Positions 9,156 to 16,904 of a stretch of 32,000 nucleotides of DNA are shown in pieces. A model generated the notes under the pieces. That model did no database searches. It had not been told where the DNA came from and saw only the letters and a list, made by a program, of their open reading frames with translations. The stretch is from assembly GCA_025839675.1 (NCBI GenBank), contig CP104013.1, positions 3,030,001 to 3,062,000 on the forward strand. Reading direction: 5' to 3'. Position 1 is the first letter of the stretch, and every line of letters starts with the position of its first letter. The position numbers and the translations under genes are program-made. This DNA is from Candidatus Lokiarchaeum ossiferum. Lineage in GTDB: Archaea > Asgardarchaeota > Lokiarchaeia > Sigyniarchaeales > Promethearchaeaceae.

Positions 9156-9971
9156 ATGCATATTGCAAAATACAATTATATTACTAGCTTCCAATATTAT
9201 CAATGGGGCGAAAAAACAGCCCAAGCTCGTACGCAATTTTTACAAACATTTCGTCGAGTGCTTGAAGAACGGATTCCCGAAGATATGGATGTGACATTAG
9301 CTAATTTAGAATTTCGAGTTGATGATCGATTATTAGTGGAACTTGAGGGAAAGAAGAAGGACGATTTGAAATTTGTTTCCAATATTTTGAAAGAAATTAC
9401 TGGAGAAACTTTTGATTCCAACAATGTGCCCAAACGTCGTGGACTTTTTGGGACACTAAGGGCAGTAGGAAAAGTAGGATTTGGAGTATTTGTTGATATT
9501 GGAATTGAATCTCCTGCCAAAGAAGTGCTAATTCCACTCCATCGTTTAAGAACTCAATTAGCAGGAGGAAAGGATCTCTCCACCCGCGAAATCTGCAAAA
9601 AATATGGATTCATGAATCAATTTCCTGTTGAAATCGAAGTGGAAAAAATGCTCTTTGAAAAAGGTGGGAAACCTAAATATGAAGGTAAATTTACAGATGA
9701 TTTTTTAGAGCAAATTGAAGAATATGTTAAATCGGGTTTAGATATTGTTTTTACAACCGGAGTTTCGCGCCAAATGATCAAAAAGACAATTGCAAAACGA
9801 GGCCATACTATTGATGTCCCCCAAATCATTCGAATTGGTCCGCTTGAATGTGCTTGTGTTTGTGCCAAAGGAACTAATGCTCCTGGAATTATTTCCCATA
9901 TAGGCCCATTTCTCTCTAACTGTCGATTTTCTATGATTCGCCCTGCCCAAGTAACTCGTTATTGGCAGTAA
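9156..9971 (+). CDS. Conserved archaeal hypothetical protein with S1/OB-like segment (possibly DUF2110-like)
   Basis: The segment GTLRAVGKVGFGVFVDIGIESPAKEVLIPLHRL resembles the S1-domain GxxGFGxFVDIG pattern. The track TTG start at 9141 was trimmed to the ATG at 9156. The family assignment is from memory only. Confidence 0.45.
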   Translation: MHIAKYNYITSFQYYQWGEKTAQARTQFLQTFRRVLEERIPEDMDVTLANLEFRVDDRLLVELEGKKKDDLKFVSNILKEITGETFDSNNVPKRRGLFGTLRAVGKVGFGVFVDIGIESPAKEVLIPLHRLRTQLAGGKDLSTREICKKYGFMNQFPVEIEVEKMLFEKGGKPKYEGKFTDDFLEQIEEYVKSGLDIVFTTGVSRQMIKKTIAKRGHTIDVPQIIRIGPLECACVCAKGTNAPGIISHIGPFLSNCRFSMIRPAQVTRYWQ

Positions 9972-10030
9972 ACCAATTAATAAGAAAAAATCCTCCAAAT
10001 ATTCATTTTTTCATTCTTTGTTCAGATTTA

Positions 10031-10042
10031 AACATTTATAAG
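10031..10042 (+). promoter_or_regulatory. TATA-box-like element upstream of the gelsolin gene
   Basis: The sequence aacatttataag is centred about 26 nt upstream of the ATG at 10064, which is leaderless-type spacing. Confidence 0.35.
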
Positions 10043-10063
10043 TTCATACATTACCATATCACT

Positions 10064-10873
10064 ATGGGTCCAATAATTTATCGGATTGATAAGGGAAACC
10101 TTAAAAAAATCGCTCGACCAGTCTTTACGACCGGTGATTCCTATGTTATTGTAGATAAACTCCATGAAAAAATTTATATCTGGTTAGGATCGAAATGTTC
10201 TGCCGATGAAAAGGGAGCTGCAGCCGTTCAAGCCCGTGGTATTGATGAAGGAGATGAGTTTAATGGAGGTGCAAAGATTCTTACATACGATGAGGGAGAT
10301 GAACCAGCAGAATTAGTAACCTTTTTAGGAGGATTAAAAGTTCTGGACAAAAATTTAGCAACATCCATGCTCAAGGATGTCTCCACGGGTGAGTTTGCTT
10401 GGGAGTCAGATCATGTGAATGCATTATATAAAATCTCATCAGAAGAATTTGATGGAATTAATGCCATCAAAGCAGTGCAAGTTCCCTTTGAAAAAAGTTC
10501 TCTTGACAGTGATGACGTAATGATAGCAGATTTAGGAGTAGATATTTGGGTTTGGCAAGGAAAATCATGTAATGTAAAAGAAAAAGTCAAAGGAATTCAG
10601 ATTGCCAGAGAATTTGACATTGATCGTGCAGGAGCGCAACGTCCTAAAGTATTTATTGAAGGAGATATAGATGAGGATGAATTTTTAGGAATTTTTGAAG
10701 GAAAACTTCCTCAATCAGAATCACGAGTACAAGATTTAAAATTAGAAACCTTCGATCAAAAGCCTCAGAAAATCCCTCTAAAGAAAGAAAAGAAGAGTGG
10801 ATTATGCATAATAGTTATGGGAAGTATGTTTGTTGCTATCATGCTTCTTCAAGCATTTAAAATATGGATTTAA
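10064..10873 (+). CDS. Two-domain gelsolin/villin-type protein (2DGel-like) with C-terminal hydrophobic tail
   Basis: Domain 1 reads IYRIDKGNLKKI..FTTGDSYVIVD...IYIWLGSKCSADEKGAAAVQA. Domain 2 reads LYKISSEEF...LDSDDVMIADLGVDIWVWQGKSCNVKEKVKG. Both match the gelsolin-repeat pattern (F..GD.Y.l....i..W.G...s..E.g.Aa). The track start (a TTG at 9962) was trimmed to the ATG at 10064. The last 30 aa read KKEKKSGLCIIVMGSMFVAIMLLQAFKIWI. Confidence 0.85.
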   Translation: MGPIIYRIDKGNLKKIARPVFTTGDSYVIVDKLHEKIYIWLGSKCSADEKGAAAVQARGIDEGDEFNGGAKILTYDEGDEPAELVTFLGGLKVLDKNLATSMLKDVSTGEFAWESDHVNALYKISSEEFDGINAIKAVQVPFEKSSLDSDDVMIADLGVDIWVWQGKSCNVKEKVKGIQIAREFDIDRAGAQRPKVFIEGDIDEDEFLGIFEGKLPQSESRVQDLKLETFDQKPQKIPLKKEKKSGLCIIVMGSMFVAIMLLQAFKIWI

Positions 10874-11336
10874 ATCGATCTTCATGTTTCAACGCTAACG
10901 CCTGAAAAAGTTTTTCAAGGCGGGAGTTAAATTTCTGAAATTTTTTCGGTTTTTCATTTTTTATTGCATAAATACTAAATCGATTTATAAATTGAGTAAT
11001 TGCTTCTTCCATGATTTTCTTAATCTGTTTGTGATTAGAATCTTTATCGATAATGCAGTAAATGCCTAAAGGAGGATTCATTTTTCGGTCAATGACTTTA
11101 TTTTCTTCATCAACATCATCATCATCTCCTATCAGATCCTTCAAAATCACTAAAATCGTATACCCACCTATGGAGAAATTTTGGATTTCATCATCAAACG
11201 CCGTAGTTACTAGATTAACTACCGCACTAAGTAATCCATTCCGGGTTTCATGACTCAAAAATTCATCAGATGAGTAAAATTGAACTTCACTCAAAGGTTT
11301 ATCTTTATAAAGAATTGCAGTTTCTAAGATTGCCAT
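10857..11336 (-). CDS. Small longin/SNARE-like-fold candidate protein
   Basis: 159 aa. The predicted order beta-beta-alpha-beta-beta-(acidic insert)-beta-alpha-alpha is read from AILYKDKPLSEVQFY / ETRNGLLSAVVNLVTTAF / IQNFSIGGYTILVILKDL / GIYCIIDKD / HKQIKKIMEEAITQFINRF. There is no catalytic motif. The fold call is inference only. Confidence 0.4.
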   Translation of the reverse strand: MAILETAILYKDKPLSEVQFYSSDEFLSHETRNGLLSAVVNLVTTAFDDEIQNFSIGGYTILVILKDLIGDDDDVDEENKVIDRKMNPPLGIYCIIDKDSNHKQIKKIMEEAITQFINRFSIYAIKNEKPKKFQKFNSRLEKLFQALALKHEDRFKSIF

Positions 11337-11478
11337 ATTAAAAACTTACTCCGAAGTTACAAGTTATTGATTACATTTGGGAATAGATATCATTGGAATA
11401 TTAACATTCAATAAATATAGTATGGTAACTATGTATATTAAAAAATAATATAAAGCTTTTTAGAAAAACTCACGAATC

Positions 11479-12789
11479 CTACAAAATTGTTTTAAACCTA
11501 TCGACTAAAATTTTTCCAACAATTTTCTCTTCAGTCATTATTTCTATCTGGGGATTCCAATACATGTTTTGAACTTCACAATCATGGCGAAAAATGTCGA
11601 AATCGGTGTGATAGTAATGAAGAAATTCAAAATATTCTTGCATAGCAATATTTTGCCATTTTGCAAATAGGGCAACCCGTATTCTTTGACCTTTAAATTT
11701 TATATCATAAACACAGGTGGGAACGAATTTATGTTCTATCAACTTTTGAATGATGCAATTGTTTGCTATCATGGAGTCTTGTGTCGAAAAATCGGAAATC
11801 TGGAGTGTTATATTAACAGATTTCATAGAATCAACATTAATATCCGTAAGAAAGTCAAGAGATGATACAGACTCAATTGCTACGGCCATATTGTTAAGAT
11901 CAGGAGCGGCATAAAGAGAAAAGGTAAATTTGGAATTTTTACTAGAATTGATTCGCTTTTTCGTTTTTAAATTTCCATATATTTTAGTAAATTGCTTTAA
12001 ATGATTCCAATCGTAAGTTTTTTCTTTAATAACGATATTTTTCTCCGAAAAAATCGAAACATTTTGATATTTAGGATTTAAATCCTTATGAAATTCAGAA
12101 TTAAAGATATGGAAGCCTAAATCTTGGACAATAGAGGGAAGATATACTGTCTTTTCAACGATTTGCCCCAAAGTTGGCCAAGCATCATAAAATAAGCCAA
12201 ATTCTAATAAATAATTCCCTTTTTTATTCTTATTTGCAATATAAAATGGAACAAATCCTTTTGGATAAGCCACATTCACAATTTTTCCAGTTGTATCTGG
12301 AAGTTGACCTCTATGAACTTGTAATTGAGTCGCAGCTGATGCCATTCGCGCAGATATGTAAAATGGATTACCTTGTTTGAGAAAGAAAAAAGCATATTCT
12401 CGAATTCGACGAGCTTCAACGGATTGGAATCCTTTTTTTCTATATTTCTTTGATATAAGTGACAATCCCACTTCAATATATTCAACGTTTCTTTTACTAA
12501 ACTGATAAAGTGCTATAGTTCCTACTATATCCTTCTTCTTTTTATGATAAAAAGCGCAAAAAATTGTACCTTGATCAAATTTAATATGACCACCAAAAGA
12601 ATCATAAGTTTCCTTAATTAAGTTTTCAATATCTTTTTGGATTTTCTCATTCGCCTCTTGCTCAGTTTCAAAGATCGAGTCGAAATCAAATATCTTTCCG
12701 TTAATAATGTCAATAATGTGTATGTTTTTATGCTTCTCTTCGTGAGATTGTCGAATTCGATGGAGCTCATCAATTGACCAATGGATCAT
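11479..12789 (-). CDS. Hypothetical protein with GNAT-like core in the N-terminal half
   Basis: 436 aa. The segment GTIALYQFSKRNVEYIEVGLSLISKKYRKKGFQSVEARRIREYAFFFL resembles GNAT beta4-alpha3 with motif A (RKKGFQ). The remaining roughly 230 aa are unrecognised. Confidence 0.4.
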   Translation of the reverse strand: MIHWSIDELHRIRQSHEEKHKNIHIIDIINGKIFDFDSIFETEQEANEKIQKDIENLIKETYDSFGGHIKFDQGTIFCAFYHKKKKDIVGTIALYQFSKRNVEYIEVGLSLISKKYRKKGFQSVEARRIREYAFFFLKQGNPFYISARMASAATQLQVHRGQLPDTTGKIVNVAYPKGFVPFYIANKNKKGNYLLEFGLFYDAWPTLGQIVEKTVYLPSIVQDLGFHIFNSEFHKDLNPKYQNVSIFSEKNIVIKEKTYDWNHLKQFTKIYGNLKTKKRINSSKNSKFTFSLYAAPDLNNMAVAIESVSSLDFLTDINVDSMKSVNITLQISDFSTQDSMIANNCIIQKLIEHKFVPTCVYDIKFKGQRIRVALFAKWQNIAMQEYFEFLHYYHTDFDIFRHDCEVQNMYWNPQIEIMTEEKIVGKILVDRFKTIL

Positions 12790-12929
12790 CAGTTAATATT
12801 ATATCAACTCGGGATAAAATAATTTCCTATTTTTCTTAGGATTTAAATGAAAATACAGAATTGTATCAGTGACCATGCTATGTAATAAAATAATAAAGAA
12901 AAAGAAAAATGGAGTATTATGGAAAAAAA

Positions 12930-13652
12930 TTAGTTTTCAGGTTCCTTCTTCAATCCAAAATACAATAGAAATGCCCCAGGAAGAATAAAGATCAATTGAA
13001 ATATTAATCCAATCAATCGCATCGGAGAATCAGTACTATCTCCACCAAATGTATGCGCGAGGTATGCGCCGATCAATTGTAAATCGAAACATAAGATACC
13101 GACTATACTTCGCATGAACTTTGTACTATACTTATTAGCGCCCATTTTAGTTTTTATTTTCATTGCATAATAAATTATAAAGACGAAGATTATTTGGGAA
13201 CAAATCAATCCATAAAAACCAAAAGAAAACTCGTAAATGGGCACACCAGCAATAGGACCCCAACTAACCTGATCAAAAATGATCCCAATTATTGGTAACC
13301 CTAAAAGAGCAACAGCATAAATTATTGTATATATCAATTGTCGTTTCAAAGTGTGAATTTGAGATGAAAAATACAAATTTAACACAAAATTAAGCAGTTG
13401 TACTCCTGCTAAAGTGGTGAAATATATGGTAAAAATATTAAGAACAATATTTACTGTCTCTTCATCAATTGCCCGATAAATAATATTCAGAATCAACCCC
13501 ACTGAAATTGTTAAGAAATATAAAGTGAGGGACATGGAAAGGCGATTTCTATTACGTTTAAGGAGAAAATAACTAAAAATAACGAATAAAATAATTATGA
13601 TTCCGTTAAAAACAAAAGTTTGGATTTGTGGATTAGTTAATTGTTGAATCAT
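12930..13652 (-). CDS. Stand-alone 7-TM membrane protein (7TM-A)
   Basis: 240 aa. Seven hydrophobic segments were counted by eye, at about aa 10-31, 40-59, 67-95, 105-126, 143-165, 179-202 and 211-234. Loops are short, and there is no retinal-type Lys in TM7. Confidence 0.6.
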   Translation of the reverse strand: MIQQLTNPQIQTFVFNGIIIILFVIFSYFLLKRNRNRLSMSLTLYFLTISVGLILNIIYRAIDEETVNIVLNIFTIYFTTLAGVQLLNFVLNLYFSSQIHTLKRQLIYTIIYAVALLGLPIIGIIFDQVSWGPIAGVPIYEFSFGFYGLICSQIIFVFIIYYAMKIKTKMGANKYSTKFMRSIVGILCFDLQLIGAYLAHTFGGDSTDSPMRLIGLIFQLIFILPGAFLLYFGLKKEPEN

Positions 13653-13773
13653 ATGTTTATTTCTGCATGAATTATATATAAATTGTAACTTTTACAAGAA
13701 TTTTTCTAAATATTACAATTTTCAAGAATAATTTTTTCTTTTAATTAAATGAAAAGTTTTGGTTTGAAATATA

Positions 13774-14613
13774 TCATTTTTCATCCTTGAGTAAATCTCC
13801 GTACAATCGTTCAGCACATTCTGGGCAAATACTATGGGAAAATTCCGCTTCGGAATGATTTCTAATATACTGTTCAATTTGGGTCCATGATCCTCGGTCA
13901 TCTCTAATTTTTTTACATTCAGAACATATTGGCAGATATCCTGTTAGTTCCTTCACTTGGGCTTTTGTGTGTTGTAATTCTTGATGTAATGCGGCGATTG
14001 TTGATCGAGGGCTTATCATTTTTTGAAGAGCAGGCCCATCAAGAATTTCATAGTCGGATTGCCCAGGATCAATTTGGTTTATTAAATCGTAGATCTTTAA
14101 TTGCAGGTTTAAATTTTTTTGGTCCAGTTCGGTGCATGCTGTTGCTAAGTTTTGATTTTGAGAAGATAGTTCTTCCGCTTGTACTGTAATCTCCTTAAAA
14201 GCATGATACTCCATCCTTTCTGTCATAGAAGCGTAAATACATATTGGATTATATTGATCATCATAAACAATATTAGAAACGCAGTGTAAAATGTTAATCA
14301 CGCCCATCTCACCGCACACTTCCATTTCTCCAATCCAATAACCATCTTCCTTCAAGTACTTAAACAGATGGTCAAAACCTTTTTCAGATTTAAGAATATT
14401 CTGAATTTTAGTCACTGAAAAATCATAAATATCTGGAAATCCAGTCATCATACGAAAATTCCGATTTGTATAGAGAATAGTTCCGTCAAAATGGAATAAA
14501 GCAACCCCCCCAAATGCATGTTCTAAAGCCATCTTCTGAATATGATCAATTGAATGTTCTGATGTTTTATAGGAATCGAAAAAAGAGGATTTTTCGAATG
14601 GGGTTTGTTTCAC
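13774..14613 (-). CDS. Soluble PAS-domain sensor with coiled-coil and 4-Cys CKKIRDD-type C-terminal module
   Basis: It has a PAS-like block (ALEHAFGGVALFHFDGTILYTNRNFRMMTGF...), a coiled-coil region, then LPICSECKKIRDDRGSWTQIEQYIRNHSEAEFSHSICPECAERLYG (nt 13816-13926). The protein ends 13 aa after the last Cys. The track start is a GTG at 14613, and the first ATG is at 14535 (M27), so the start is ambiguous. Confidence 0.75.
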   Translation of the reverse strand: MKQTPFEKSSFFDSYKTSEHSIDHIQKMALEHAFGGVALFHFDGTILYTNRNFRMMTGFPDIYDFSVTKIQNILKSEKGFDHLFKYLKEDGYWIGEMEVCGEMGVINILHCVSNIVYDDQYNPICIYASMTERMEYHAFKEITVQAEELSSQNQNLATACTELDQKNLNLQLKIYDLINQIDPGQSDYEILDGPALQKMISPRSTIAALHQELQHTKAQVKELTGYLPICSECKKIRDDRGSWTQIEQYIRNHSEAEFSHSICPECAERLYGDLLKDEK

Positions 14614-14748
14614 ATAGAACTAAGGGGAACTTAAGTATTTGTGATAAATCTCTCCAAAGGTTTATAGAAAAGATTTCAAAATTTTTTTCACAATCTAATT
14701 TTATCTACTAACACGCATTTTTGAAGAATAATGTATCTTAAAATATTT

Positions 14749-14753
14749 GGAGG
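14749..14753 (+). promoter_or_regulatory. Shine-Dalgarno-like GGAGG upstream of 7TM-B
   Basis: GGAGG lies 6 nt upstream of the ATG at 14760. Confidence 0.4.
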
Positions 14754-14759
14754 ATTTTC

Positions 14760-15563
14760 ATGGCTGACACACCAATTGTAATCATCATTCTCGCGCTGAT
14801 CTACATATCAAGTCTTTTATTAATAGGGATATTTCTATTTTACAGAAGTATTAGAACTAAACTCCTTAACTTACGTGTTTTAGGGTTTGCTTTCATTGGT
14901 TTTGTAGTAGATTTTATTCTTATTTTTCTCAAAGCACCTTCTTTCTTAATAAATATTGTCGTGAATACTTGTTTTATTCTAATGACAATATTTACCTATA
15001 CAACATTTTATAAAGGTCGCAAGAGATTGGGTACTATTTTTATAGGTGCAGTTATACTATTACGTTTAATAGACTGTATTGCACGGTGGAATTATAATTT
15101 CACCACACCACTTGCTTCTCCACTGACAGATGAGAGTAGAATCTATTATTATATCTTTCAATTCGCGGTTCGGGGAGAATTTACAATAGGTACCGGATGG
15201 CTTGCCTATTCATCACTCTCAACTTATTCCAATCAGAGAAAAATGGAAGACATTGAACCCTGGATCCAGAAACGTTATTTCATTTTAGGGATAGGAGCCC
15301 TAGTTTTTCTCTTGCAAGATCTATTTGTTTTTCTGTTACCGATGGATGGGACAGGATACACAAGTCCACAAGGTATAATTGTAGGCATTTTACTGTTAAT
15401 TGTCAGTATATTTTTTGGAGCCACTCAGCTAATTGGTTGGATCATGCCTCCCAAGTTGAAAGCCTATTTCAATCGCGATTTTCAACCCAAAAATAGTAAC
15501 CAAAATGTTGATGAAGATCTTACTGAAGAAGAACTAATGAAGCAACTCATGGAGGATGTTTAA
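14760..15563 (+). CDS. Stand-alone 7-TM membrane protein (7TM-B) with acidic cytosolic tail
   Basis: 267 aa. Seven hydrophobic segments were counted by eye, at about aa 5-28, 38-57, 62-83, 90-108, 128-153, 173-193 and 205-229. The C-terminal tail reads NQNVDEDLTEEELMKQLMEDV. No obvious sequence similarity to 7TM-A. Confidence 0.6.
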   Translation: MADTPIVIIILALIYISSLLLIGIFLFYRSIRTKLLNLRVLGFAFIGFVVDFILIFLKAPSFLINIVVNTCFILMTIFTYTTFYKGRKRLGTIFIGAVILLRLIDCIARWNYNFTTPLASPLTDESRIYYYIFQFAVRGEFTIGTGWLAYSSLSTYSNQRKMEDIEPWIQKRYFILGIGALVFLLQDLFVFLLPMDGTGYTSPQGIIVGILLLIVSIFFGATQLIGWIMPPKLKAYFNRDFQPKNSNQNVDEDLTEEELMKQLMEDV

Positions 15564-15846
15564 CCCATTGAATTTGATTGTTCATTTTGGTAATTTTTTA
15601 GCTCAGCAATTAGGTAAACCAGAAAAAAGTGGCGCTATCTGCGGTTTCTTACGTTTAGCCTTAAAAAAAGAATATGGGACCGAGGGGGTTGATAATCTCA
15701 CACCAGATAAACTTAAACAAGTTTTACAAGGAGAATTACAACAAAAACTAATGATTTTAAAGGTGACCACATTATCTGACGCCATCACTGCTACAATGAA
15801 GGAGGTTACCCGCAACCAATCTTTATTTACCATGAATCAAGCTTAA
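15556..15846 (+). CDS. Small soluble hypothetical protein, overlapping 7TM-B by 8 nt
   Basis: 96 aa. Its ATG at 15556 overlaps the 7TM-B stop (15561-15563), which suggests translational coupling. A T11 terminator tract follows 19 nt after its stop. The composition looks helical. Confidence 0.45.
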   Translation: MFNPLNLIVHFGNFLAQQLGKPEKSGAICGFLRLALKKEYGTEGVDNLTPDKLKQVLQGELQQKLMILKVTTLSDAITATMKEVTRNQSLFTMNQA

Positions 15847-15864
15847 AGGGAGTTAGGTGGAAAG

Positions 15865-15875
15865 TTTTTTTTTTT
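15865..15875 (+). terminator. Oligo-T (T11) terminator of the 7TM-B / small ORF unit
   Basis: An uninterrupted T11 run lies 19 nt downstream of the stop at 15846. Confidence 0.5.
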
Positions 15876-15959
15876 CAAAATCTCATTTTGGATTAAATAC
15901 AAAGTATTGAATCGAAAAAAATAAAATGGATATTTCATTGATATCAATTGTATTTTAAA

Positions 15960-16035
15960 GGGCTGTTGGTTTAGTGGTTATAACGCCACGCTTACACCGT
16001 GGAAGTCCCCGGTTCAATCCCGGGACGGCCCACCA
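15960..16035 (+). tRNA. tRNA-Val (anticodon UAC), CCA encoded, no intron
   Basis: Folded by hand. The acceptor stem is GGGCTGT/ACGGCCC (7 bp with one G-U). The D arm is GTT(T)..(T)AAC. The anticodon stem is CCACG/CGTGG with loop CT-TAC-AC. The T arm is CCCGG-TTCAATC-CCGGG. The discriminator is A, followed by CCA. Confidence 0.92.
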
Positions 16036-16044
16036 TTTTTCTTT
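16036..16044 (+). terminator. Oligo-T tract after the tRNA
   Basis: The sequence tttttcttt lies immediately 3' of the encoded CCA. Confidence 0.45.
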
Positions 16045-16121
16045 AAAATTTTTAGAATTAGGACTTTTTCAAAAAAAAATCGACTTTTAAAAAGTTCAGG
16101 AAGAACTATCATTTGATAGTG

Positions 16122-16856
16122 ATGGAACTAACAGATTTGCAATGTGATTTATCCGAATGTCATTGTATCCAAACACTCCAAAATGATCCTGAAGCAGTAA
16201 ATTTCTTACAAAAGTTGCACGTTCCCAAGGATATAATTGCAAATCTCTACTTATTTACTATTCCGTCTAAGAAAGATAATCTCTATCGTTTGCACTATGG
16301 TTATTTACAAGAACAAAACCCCTATCGCGAATTGGATTTTTCTTATGATGATTGGTTGCTGGCATATTTAGCTGCAGAAAATCGCGGTTGGGGGGTAATT
16401 TCACGGGACTATCACTTAACCTATGGGATTCACCAATATCTCGATTATGCTGCATTTTTACCTGAAGATGTACATGACCTACCAGCAGATAGCATGCTGT
16501 TATTAGACACGAACATAGTATTGCATTTTATGGAACAACGACAACATGATCAAAAAGAAATTATGCAAATGTTTTCTTTAAATCCATCAATTACATTTTT
16601 ACTATCAGAAAACATACTCCGAGAACTCGGGAGAGTATATCAGAAAAAGTTCAGAACCCCGGATAAGTGGAATAAAAGAAAACCGAATCAAAACCTGAAA
16701 ATGGATTTTCAAGAAATCCAAGAAGAAGAGATATACCAATTTGTGGATAATTTTACTCGTTTCGAATCAGGAAAACAGCGTCGATTGCGAAAACAGCAAA
16801 AAAAACAAAAGAATTACGCAAAATATAGATCGAAATGGACTCGGTGTTTGAATTAA
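16122..16856 (+). CDS. Hypothetical protein with PIN-like motifs and a highly basic C-terminal tail
   Basis: MLLLDTNIVLHFME (D at nt 16506-16508) looks like a PIN N-terminal strand with its acidic residue. AAENRGWGVISRDYHL (D at nt 16407-16409) looks like the PIN C-terminal xxTxDxDF region, yet it lies upstream of the first motif. The tail reads GKQRRLRKQQKKQKNYAKYRSKWTR. The track TTG start at 16113 was trimmed to the ATG at 16122. Confidence 0.35.
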   Translation: MELTDLQCDLSECHCIQTLQNDPEAVNFLQKLHVPKDIIANLYLFTIPSKKDNLYRLHYGYLQEQNPYRELDFSYDDWLLAYLAAENRGWGVISRDYHLTYGIHQYLDYAAFLPEDVHDLPADSMLLLDTNIVLHFMEQRQHDQKEIMQMFSLNPSITFLLSENILRELGRVYQKKFRTPDKWNKRKPNQNLKMDFQEIQEEEIYQFVDNFTRFESGKQRRLRKQQKKQKNYAKYRSKWTRCLN

Positions 16857-16904
16857 GTAAATTTTGATAAAGAATTAGAGTAAAAAAAGGTGAAAGAAAA
16901 AAAA

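Noticed and set aside
9962-10063. N-terminal 34-aa extension of the gelsolin ORF from a TTG at 9962, and analogous TTG/GTG extensions at 8995, 9141, 16113, 18713, 20306, 22476, 23493 and 7297/8498.
   Set aside because: The extensions overlap upstream genes or promoter-like AT-rich sequence. They encode non-conserved junk (for example NIHFFILCSDLNIYKF). They are also contradicted by paralog alignment (amidohydrolases) or by domain boundaries (the gelsolin repeat starts at MGPIIYRID).
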